24,496 nucleotides of DNA. Source: a virus (lineage: Duplodnaviria; Caudoviricetes). The stretch is from positions 1 through 24,496 of IMG/VR virus record IMGVR_UViG_3300039216_000052, one strand, 5' to 3'. Position numbers and translations under genes: made by a program. Below the pieces are notes generated by a model. That model saw nothing but the letters and a program-made list of their open reading frames with translations, did no database searches and was not told the origin of the DNA. Shown piece after piece: positions 7,384 through 14,272 of this stretch; within the stretch, counting starts at the first letter, position 1; each line of letters begins with the position of its first letter.

Positions 7384-8007
7384 TTAGATGATGTCCGACA
7401 GGACAAGTACGTTCGCCAAGTTGCTCGAAGCCGCTGCAATCTGGATACCCAGAGCGCGATACCCCGGACCAGAAGCAGCCGCCACACCAGCGGACTGATA
7501 GGAGCCTGCATTGCCGATGAGCCAGTTGCCAGCCGCCAGAGTTCCGTTCGCGGGGCAGTACGCACCGGGAAGGTATCCAGCCACCTGAACCAGACCGTAG
7601 GCACCCTGCAACTGCGCCAGCGTCACTTTCGGAAGAGATGCGTAGTTCGGCATCCAGTAGCCGGCGACACTCGCCTGCAACCCGCCGAAGCCTTCCGACA
7701 TGATCGGGGAAACGGTGGTGAAGGTGGTGTCCGTCCAGTAGACCGGAGCCGGAGCGTTTGCGGTCTGCCATGCAGCAAGAGTCGCGGCCGAGGTCGCAAG
7801 CATCTTCGCCAACACGTAGATTGCTGGCGAACCGGACGGATTGGCCGTTGTGATCGCGTTGATGCCCACGTACCGCTGTCCGAGAACCTGAATCTCTCCG
7901 ATATTCGCATAGACCGAAATCGGCGAAGACGCCGGGTTGAACATATACGTGAGCACGTTTCCAGTGTCGATCTGGATAAGCTGATTTGACGGATTCCAAA
8001 ATGCCAT
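7384..8007 (-). CDS. Putative capsid cement/decoration protein (207 aa)
   Basis: Immediately after the major capsid gene. Ala/Gly-rich, with a YGLVQVAG motif of the kind seen in cement proteins. Confidence 0.6.
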   Translation of the reverse strand: MAFWNPSNQLIQIDTGNVLTYMFNPASSPISVYANIGEIQVLGQRYVGINAITTANPSGSPAIYVLAKMLATSAATLAAWQTANAPAPVYWTDTTFTTVSPIMSEGFGGLQASVAGYWMPNYASLPKVTLAQLQGAYGLVQVAGYLPGAYCPANGTLAAGNWLIGNAGSYQSAGVAAASGPGYRALGIQIAAASSNLANVLVLSDII

Positions 8008-8031
8008 TGTCGTGTCCTCTCTTCAGCCCAA

Positions 8032-9000
8032 TTACAGGGCGGAGAATGCCTCTCTGAACATGAGACGCGATGCGGCAACAACCATGTTGCCACCGAACAT
8101 ATACTGTCCGGCCACGTCATCAGTGTTCTGCGCTTCTTTCCAGCCCGTGAATCCAAACTGGTACTTCGGCACGTCGGAGACGTACAGGTAGATGTAGTTG
8201 GTGTTCAAACCAAACATTGTGTAGGTGCCGCCCAGAACCGAAAGGTACTGATCGACCACCACCTGCGCTCCGTTCCAGTTGAATGACTTGAACCCAACGT
8301 GAACGTCGGAGGTCTCGTCATTGAACCGTTGCTGCGGCTGGAGCTTGTTCCAGAACGCATCCCACACCGGCTGTGTGGTCGCCAGCATATCCGGCTTCTC
8401 CTGACCAAACCAGGACGCACCGAAGGCCGTCTGGACGGTTGACAGGTTGAAGGCCGAAGGAGCCGCGTAGTAGGAGTTGATGCCCGTGTTGGCTACGCTG
8501 GAAATATCCGACCGGGTGATGCCGCCGTAGGTCGGGTAGTTCACACCGTTGTCAATGGCCGCCGAGAATCCGTCCAACTCAAGAGTCGAGTTCAACGTGC
8601 CCTGGCCATCACCGAAGACCGAAGTGCCAAGGATCTGAGCCATCGTTCCCGAAGCATTGACCATCTTCGAGGAAACGTAGCTCATGGCCGCTTCCGTCCC
8701 GCGGTTGAGAACCTGATCCACACCATACAGCGTGATGTTTGTGTAGGCGTACTTCAGGTTGAACTGGAGGGCTGTGTCCGTCTGGACTGCCGAGGTGTCA
8801 AAGGCTTGGCCGCGCTGGAAGAACCCACCCTTCAGAGGCGCGTACATGATGTTGTGGCGAATGGTCAAGCCGCCGGGAAATGCGAATCTCCGCTTTTTGC
8901 GGAGGCGGGTGAATACCGGCGAGGACTTGAACACGTTGTCGGTGATAATCGGAACGATATGATCGTTCGTCTTACCTGTGAGATCATTCCATGTGAGCAT
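8032..9000 (-). CDS. Major capsid protein (322 aa)
   Basis: Size and position after the scaffold. Motifs ITDNVFKSSPVFTRL, GGLTIRHNIMY, FGDG..LDGFSAAI, TYGGITR and GFKSFNWNGAQVVVD are typical of HK97-fold coat proteins. Confidence 0.85.
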   Translation of the reverse strand: MLTWNDLTGKTNDHIVPIITDNVFKSSPVFTRLRKKRRFAFPGGLTIRHNIMYAPLKGGFFQRGQAFDTSAVQTDTALQFNLKYAYTNITLYGVDQVLNRGTEAAMSYVSSKMVNASGTMAQILGTSVFGDGQGTLNSTLELDGFSAAIDNGVNYPTYGGITRSDISSVANTGINSYYAAPSAFNLSTVQTAFGASWFGQEKPDMLATTQPVWDAFWNKLQPQQRFNDETSDVHVGFKSFNWNGAQVVVDQYLSVLGGTYTMFGLNTNYIYLYVSDVPKYQFGFTGWKEAQNTDDVAGQYMFGGNMVVAASRLMFREAFSAL

Positions 9001-9231
9001 AATGCCCTTTGCTTTCCTCGACCTTAGTTAGACCTCAGCCGATGTGCCCTACTGGGCCAGAGATGATTGAAAACCTCGGCTTGCGCCGTTGTCGCCCTAG
9101 CCGTCCGAGCTTCGCCCTTACAGGCTTCTCTTTCGACTCACCCCTGCTATCCCTGAAGGCTTCGCATGGGAACCATGCTTCCTATGGAGATGCAGTGCGG
9201 GAACTCAAGGTGTCCCGCCTACCTCAATGCC
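9001..9231 (-). ncRNA. Putative structured cis-regulatory RNA leader of the capsid gene
   Basis: A 231-nt gap with several stems (GCGGGA/UCCCGC, GCAUGG/CCAUGC, GGC-GCAA-GCC, AGCCGA/UCGGCU) and repeated GAAGC. Confidence 0.45.
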
Positions 9232-10170
9232 TTAAAACTTGCCGGCTGCTCTGAGTTCCGCTGCGGCCGCTCTTCCCGCGGCCATCGTCAAAGACTCAAC
9301 ATCGCCCTCAGACGCCGCACTTTCTTCCAACATCTTTTGCAGACTGCCCCTGGCCCCGCCAGTTGGGAATTGACCCTCGCTGCCGCCACCCGGCATACCG
9401 CCGCGCTCGGCAATAATCTTTTGCGCCCGCTCTTCCGCCAACCGCTCAATGTCGGCCGCCGTCTTCTTCTCGCGGGCTATCGGCTCAAGAATCTTCTCCA
9501 TAACCACCATCGCATCGAAACTCTGCTCTTTGGTCATGGTGTTGAAAAGATTGTTTCGAGCCTCAACGTCAAACGTCTTTCCGGTTTCCTTCTCGTATCG
9601 CATTGCCGCAAGTGCTGTGCTGGCCGCGAACCCGCCAAGGAAAGGAACTCGATTGGAGTTGAAGTCGGTCTCGAACTCTTTGTACTTTGCGTTGACCGTC
9701 TCCTCTACCAGCTTCTTGCCCTCGCTGGCGTACAGGTTCCGGTATTGCTCGGCGTTCAGGCTCATGCCCGAATCCGCCACGATTGCCTTCACGCGCTTGT
9801 CCAACTCTGCCGGGTTCATATCGCCTCCAACTGCCGCCTTTCGGGCTTCTTCAAGCTGCTTCTCAAGCTCGGCCTTTTGTCCAGGCCACAACGGTTTCGA
9901 TTCCTCATCGATCACACCCTCTTCCACTAGGGTCTCCCAGATCGGAACCTTCTCGTCAGCCCACGCCTTCATCCGTGCGTTGTACTCAAGAGCTTCGGAA
10001 TATTCCTTTTCCTGAGTTTTCAACTTCTGAATGTTACGGTCGTAGTCCGCTTGCCGAAGCCGCCCGTCTTTGAACTCGGGGACTTTCTGCACGATGTTGT
10101 CAATGACCTTGCGTTCCTCAGCACTAAGCTGCGCTGCCGCTAAAATCTCTTCCCACGTTTGGACTGCCAT
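9232..10170 (-). CDS. Putative capsid scaffolding protein (312 aa)
   Basis: Charged, helical/coiled-coil composition. LRQADYDR motif, Gly-rich linker near the C-terminus, and position directly upstream of the capsid gene. Confidence 0.7.
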   Translation of the reverse strand: MAVQTWEEILAAAQLSAEERKVIDNIVQKVPEFKDGRLRQADYDRNIQKLKTQEKEYSEALEYNARMKAWADEKVPIWETLVEEGVIDEESKPLWPGQKAELEKQLEEARKAAVGGDMNPAELDKRVKAIVADSGMSLNAEQYRNLYASEGKKLVEETVNAKYKEFETDFNSNRVPFLGGFAASTALAAMRYEKETGKTFDVEARNNLFNTMTKEQSFDAMVVMEKILEPIAREKKTAADIERLAEERAQKIIAERGGMPGGGSEGQFPTGGARGSLQKMLEESAASEGDVESLTMAAGRAAAAELRAAGKF

Positions 10171-10256
10171 CTCGCATCCTTCCTCGCTTCCCTTTCGGGC
10201 TTCGCGGGGCTTCGGATAAGACTGCCGTTTCCGACTTCTTACCTGTTATCGTTGCC

Positions 10257-10586
10257 CTACCCCGGCATCTGCCCCGGAGTCGGTGGCGTCGGTATCTGAG
10301 GAGGTCCGCCACCCGGAGGTGGTGCCCCCATACCCGCCGACTGTGGTTGCTTTTGCGCCGACTGTGCCATCCCCACCTTCAAAGTGGCTATGGCCTTCTG
10401 GATGAAGGGGCGCATCGCCTCATCCTGAATTCCGCTGAGAATCTTTTCCACGGTCCCCACAGCGGTCTCGATGGGACTCTTCCCCATCTGACCCTGTGCC
10501 TGCCCAGCCAGAGCACCAAATGCCGGCCCTGGACCCATCTGGGCTTGTACGTCCGGCGCCATCGGCGGCTGTGTCATTGGAGGCAT
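10257..10586 (-). CDS. Pro/Gln/Gly/Met-rich hypothetical protein (109 aa)
   Basis: Low-complexity termini around a helical hairpin. This type of protein is common between portal and scaffold. Confidence 0.7.
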   Translation of the reverse strand: MPPMTQPPMAPDVQAQMGPGPAFGALAGQAQGQMGKSPIETAVGTVEKILSGIQDEAMRPFIQKAIATLKVGMAQSAQKQPQSAGMGAPPPGGGPPQIPTPPTPGQMPG

Positions 10587-10589
10587 GAG

Positions 10590-10787
10590 TTAGAATCCGT
10601 TCTCGTTGTTTTGGAGCTTGCCGGTCTTCACGTTGACACTCGTAGCTTTCGGAGTGATCGTGGTCATCTCGCCCTCGTCGATGAATGTACCAACCGGATC
10701 GAAGGTTCCCTTGCCCAATTTCGGGGAGGAGGTATGAAGAAAGTGGCCTTGCTCAATCGACTCGGCCATTCCGCTGCGCTTTGCCAT
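10590..10787 (-). CDS. Hypothetical protein (65 aa)
   Basis: AAGGGGA SD. Its stop lies 3 nt from the next start. Confidence 0.65.
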   Translation of the reverse strand: MAKRSGMAESIEQGHFLHTSSPKLGKGTFDPVGTFIDEGEMTTITPKATSVNVKTGKLQNNENGF

Positions 10788-10810
10788 GATGATCCCCTTG
10801 CGATGGTGTG

Positions 10811-10834
10811 GAGGGGCGCGGTGAAACGCCCCTC
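10811..10834. other. GC-rich hairpin GAGGGGCG/CGCCCCTC
   Basis: Perfect 8-bp inverted repeat with an 8-nt loop and no U-tract. Confidence 0.6.
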
Positions 10835-10857
10835 GTTAATACGACAACTGCCGGAGA

Positions 10858-10917
10858 CTACTTCCGGCCGCTGTGCTTACGTCCGCCATGACGGCCCTTC
10901 TTGCCACGCTTTGCCAT
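10858..10917 (-). CDS. 19-aa basic peptide MAKRGKKGRHGGRKHSGRK
   Basis: Manual translation. GGAAAGGA SD lies 8 nt upstream. 9 of 19 residues are K/R and none is acidic. Confidence 0.7.
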   Translation of the reverse strand: MAKRGKKGRHGGRKHSGRK

Positions 10918-11038
10918 TGGGTAAATCCTTTCCGAATTCCAGCCTCGCGGCCTTCGTCCTGGGTTTTGACCCCTGATTGCTCAGAGGCGGTCCTCCAACC
11001 AGGGGTTATCCACGGGAAGGATTCGTGGCCCCTAGAGC

Positions 11039-11079
11039 AAAAGAAAAAGCCGCGGACGGGATCTCTCCCACTCGCGGCT
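11039..11079 (-). terminator. Intrinsic terminator
   Basis: AGCCGCG/CGCGGCU stem with an inner GGGA-GAGA-UCCC, followed by UUUUCUUUU. Confidence 0.75.
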
Positions 11080-11128
11080 GCCGCAATCTCTCCGGTTTCC
11101 CGGTAATCGCTACTCTTGCCCTGTCAGA

Positions 11129-11157
11129 ATCATTATCCGTCGCTGAACTTCTGTCAA
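11129..11157 (-). promoter_or_regulatory. Putative sigma70 promoter upstream of the head-gene cluster
   Basis: Perfect TTGACA (11157-11152), 17-nt spacer, AATGAT (11134-11129), with A/T tracts upstream. Confidence 0.6.
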
Positions 11158-11184
11158 CGACTTTTTGCAGTGCAATGAAAAAAA

Positions 11185-11355
11185 CTACTTGTATGACTTT
11201 TTCTGCGTCAGTTGAATGTCCAGTATCCCGCCGTTGTCACTTCCTTCAACAACAAGCGTCCACTTCCTCTTAGCCTCGATCGCTGACTGGATCGCCGCCA
11301 GAATCTTTGGAATGTCCTGCTCGGCTACCTTCTTGCTCGCCTCTGCCGTGCTCAT
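11185..11355 (-). CDS. Hypothetical protein (56 aa), coupled to portal
   Basis: Manual translation: MSTAEASKKVAEQDIPKILAAIQSAIEAKRKWTLVVEGSDNGGILDIQLTQKKSYK. ATGA overlap with the portal stop. Confidence 0.7.
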   Translation of the reverse strand: MSTAEASKKVAEQDIPKILAAIQSAIEAKRKWTLVVEGSDNGGILDIQLTQKKSYK

Positions 11356-13181
11356 TTATGGCCGCCCTTCGGTGGTGCGCCTGCCTGTGCCTGGGCCATA
11401 GCCGCGGCCTCCATCTTCAATTCCTCATCGTTCTCCTTCTCATCAATGTTCCAGTTGAGAATTTTGAACGTCTGCTTGCGAGATAAGTCGTGGCCCTTCC
11501 GCATCTGGAAGGCGATCGGAATGCGCTCCTGCTGCTGGATATGAAGCAACGTACCGCGCTCAGTCTTGTAGTGATACCGGCGAACGAATGCCTCAGACTG
11601 GATTCCGTCCGGTATAAGCGTCCCTGGCTTGTCGTCCATGTCTTCCCTCGCCAGTCCTGCTGATCCGAGTAACTCCATCCTGCGCTCCGCGTCGTAGAAC
11701 TGCAAAGCGTCGGCTGCCCACTGCTGACCGATTTCGTCGTTGAACCATTCGACACTGCGTCCCATCACGCGGATCGGCGTATTCTTCGCCATCTGGATCT
11801 TGTCGAGGGAGTCTCCTGAAGGAACCTGCTTCTTCCCAAGAGCATCCCCAACAGCCGAAGCGCCAGAACTCTGCTTCATCGACTGGAGGATCTGCGTGTA
11901 GATTTGCAGGACGTAGGTCGGAAGCACTGGAGGTGCCTGCCACGTTGGAGGGTGAGGCGCGTTCTGGCTGTAGGTGATCTTCAGGTTCGGTTTGGAACTG
12001 TCGATCGCCTTCATCGCCGCCGGGTTGATTGCGCTCTTGGCCGCCATCAAAGCCGGACTGATGGCCTTCTTGACCGTCTGGAGCATCCCAGACATCATCT
12101 GGTTGAGAATATCCTGCTGGGCCATCCACGGCTTTACCACGCTCAGTGCGTACTGCTGCCACGGCACTGCGTAGAGTCCAAGGCTGGCGAACGGCTTCTT
12201 GCGGTGGAAGTAGGGACTCGGATAGTCGTACAACGTCACCCTGCCGGCCCTGATGAACACCCTTCCGCGGGGGTACAGCTTCTTCCCTGGATCAACCCAG
12301 TATCCCCACGCCGCTCCCTTCGGACCCATCCAAACCCGCTCACGCGATTCGTTGATCGAGTCGTCCTTCCTCCAGAACTCCTGCGTCTCTGCCTGGGGGA
12401 ACTGGCTCGAATAGGATTGTTTGTCTCCAGCGCCCAGCAACCGCTTCATGCCGGGTGACAGGGGGGGGAACAGTTGAGGCGCTCCCGTTGGACCCTGCAC
12501 GTCAACCGTGTACCGGCTCTTCTGCTCTTCTGCCCTGACGTACTTCCCCATCGTCGGGTAGGCTCTCTTGATCCATGAGAGTGTCCGCATCCTCCGGTAG
12601 ACAACGCACTCGTCTTCCTGAAGGTCGTCACCCATACCCAGCCGCAGAATCGAACTCGGCGGCAAAGCCTCCAGACTCAAGTCTCCGTCTGAAGGATCTC
12701 CGCTGTCCCCTCTGGCGAACGGGTTCCAGTAGAGCTTGGCCGGCGCCGAGGTGAACATCGCCCACATGATGCAGAACGCCATCCTGCGCTCGTACCCTGA
12801 AGTCGATACCCAACCCTTGTTCAAGTTGTTGAGGATCTTCTCGATCTCTGAATACTTCCCGTCGTTGGCAATATCGACGATGTGCGAGACTGGCCGAATG
12901 TCCGTGATGAGGCCGATCGTCTCCCAAAACATCGACAGAAACTCGTTGCTGACTGGCTTTGCCCGGTAGGAGGGCATCGCGTCCTTCCACTGCATTCCTA
13001 CCAGATAGTCGAGAGCGTTTTGAATGTCCCGGAGTTCAGGAACGTCCTGCTGAAGAGCAATACCCTCCTCAACGGCCGCATCGCACCAATCGTTGAGTTG
13101 GGTGTAATACTCAAGTCGTGACGTGGTTCGTTTGTCGTCCTCGTCCGGCTTCGGCCTTATCTCCGGGAATTCTTCAATCAC
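11352..13181 (-). CDS. Portal protein (609 aa), podovirus/P22-like
   Basis: Size and position between terL and scaffold. Motifs DYLVGMQW, KLYPRGR, PYFHRKKPF and QQDILNQMMS, with a Q/A-rich C-terminus. Confidence 0.85.
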   Translation of the reverse strand: MIEEFPEIRPKPDEDDKRTTSRLEYYTQLNDWCDAAVEEGIALQQDVPELRDIQNALDYLVGMQWKDAMPSYRAKPVSNEFLSMFWETIGLITDIRPVSHIVDIANDGKYSEIEKILNNLNKGWVSTSGYERRMAFCIMWAMFTSAPAKLYWNPFARGDSGDPSDGDLSLEALPPSSILRLGMGDDLQEDECVVYRRMRTLSWIKRAYPTMGKYVRAEEQKSRYTVDVQGPTGAPQLFPPLSPGMKRLLGAGDKQSYSSQFPQAETQEFWRKDDSINESRERVWMGPKGAAWGYWVDPGKKLYPRGRVFIRAGRVTLYDYPSPYFHRKKPFASLGLYAVPWQQYALSVVKPWMAQQDILNQMMSGMLQTVKKAISPALMAAKSAINPAAMKAIDSSKPNLKITYSQNAPHPPTWQAPPVLPTYVLQIYTQILQSMKQSSGASAVGDALGKKQVPSGDSLDKIQMAKNTPIRVMGRSVEWFNDEIGQQWAADALQFYDAERRMELLGSAGLAREDMDDKPGTLIPDGIQSEAFVRRYHYKTERGTLLHIQQQERIPIAFQMRKGHDLSRKQTFKILNWNIDEKENDEELKMEAAAMAQAQAGAPPKGGHK

Positions 13182-13196
13182 TGTGACCCTTTCTTT

Positions 13197-13826
13197 CTAA
13201 AACCAGTTTTCCTTGAGAGCCATCCGCAGTTTCTCCTCAATAAACATCTTGAGAGGCATCGGAGGCTCGGAGTTCTTTGCCCTCTCCTTGGCCGGCTCGT
13301 ATTCGTCTCCGAGGTCAACCACGATACGCCCTGGCGAACGGTTCTCGTATGCCTTGAGGTCTTCCGTGGCCGCCTGCGCTTCCGCCTTGGCTTCGTCCAC
13401 TTCACACATCTTAGCCCAGACCACGCCAACAAGTTCACTCGAATTTGTAAACTTTTGGCCCAGCCGCTCAAACAGGCGGTTCTTGTCCGTCTCCCCGACA
13501 ACCATCACATCACCGTCCACCAACTGAAGCAAGACGTTCGCCACCACCGACTCCAGACCTGTAGCGTACCGGCCGTCGAGGGCGTCCTTGATCCGCTGAG
13601 GAATCTTCAGGGTGATCGTCGTCTGCCCCTCTGGAGACGGAAACTTGGCCGGACCTACTTTGAACTCCATCTGGGGTCCGTCTGCGTAGAAAGCCGCGGT
13701 GTCGTCCCACCTGTGGTTGGAGTTGATCGGGCACATCAACCTTCCTTCGGCGGCTGAAATCTGGTTCGTTTGACCCGTCTCGCGCTTGCAGCGAGGGCAA
13801 CTAAATTCCGTCTTCAATACTGGCAT
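13197..13826 (-). CDS. Zinc-finger protein with possible ribbon-helix-helix segments (209 aa)
   Basis: CPRC...CPINSNH. TITLKIPQRIKDALD and IVVDLGDEYEPAKERAK resemble RHH starts. GAGGAGGAG SD region. Confidence 0.6.
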   Translation of the reverse strand: MPVLKTEFSCPRCKRETGQTNQISAAEGRLMCPINSNHRWDDTAAFYADGPQMEFKVGPAKFPSPEGQTTITLKIPQRIKDALDGRYATGLESVVANVLLQLVDGDVMVVGETDKNRLFERLGQKFTNSSELVGVVWAKMCEVDEAKAEAQAATEDLKAYENRSPGRIVVDLGDEYEPAKERAKNSEPPMPLKMFIEEKLRMALKENWF

Positions 13827-14241
13827 CTTTCTCCTCCTCGTATGGTGCGTTGAGAATCTCGGGGTGCGCTGTGAGCACGTCGTCGATCAGGATCATGACC
13901 GCTTCCTTGAACCACTCACGGACATCCTCCAACTTCGTCTCGCCGGGGTACATGCGCTTGCTGGAAACCGGACCATCGTCTCCGAAGTAACTTGCTGTAT
14001 TTACGCACTGGCCGCTCTCGATTGATCCGTGGTTCATCGAGGGAATATCCACGTAGAAGTGGCTACGCGTATTGGCCGCATTGAATAGCACCAACTGTGC
14101 GTGCGTTTCAAGGGTGTTCTGTGACTCTTTCCACCCGGTCCACCGCAAGGTTCCAATGTTGATGCCAAGGTCAATCTTGCTAACATCCTCGGCCGTGATG
14201 ATCTTCTCGGCGATCACCTTCAAAAGTTCGCTGTCTTCCAT
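13801..14241 (-). CDS. Hypothetical protein (146 aa)
   Basis: Strong AGGAGGAG SD. Fills the gap after terL. Confidence 0.7.
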   Translation of the reverse strand: MEDSELLKVIAEKIITAEDVSKIDLGINIGTLRWTGWKESQNTLETHAQLVLFNAANTRSHFYVDIPSMNHGSIESGQCVNTASYFGDDGPVSSKRMYPGETKLEDVREWFKEAVMILIDDVLTAHPEILNAPYEEEKDASIEDGI

Positions 14242-14255
14242 CTTCTCCTCCTGTT

Positions 14256-14272
14256 ACTCCAAAATTTGGACT
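14256..14272. promoter_or_regulatory. Palindromic site copy 2, ACTCCAAAATTTGGACT
   Basis: Exact repeat of 5196-5212, directly after the terL stop. Confidence 0.75.

Noticed and set aside
11006-11014. DnaA-box-like TTATCCACG
   Set aside because: It is a single mismatched copy inside a hairpin, with no cluster of boxes.
11039-11125. Known riboswitch (e.g. c-di-GMP-I) in the leader
   Set aside because: GNRA hairpins are present, but I could not match the conserved core of any class by eye. An Rfam scan is needed.
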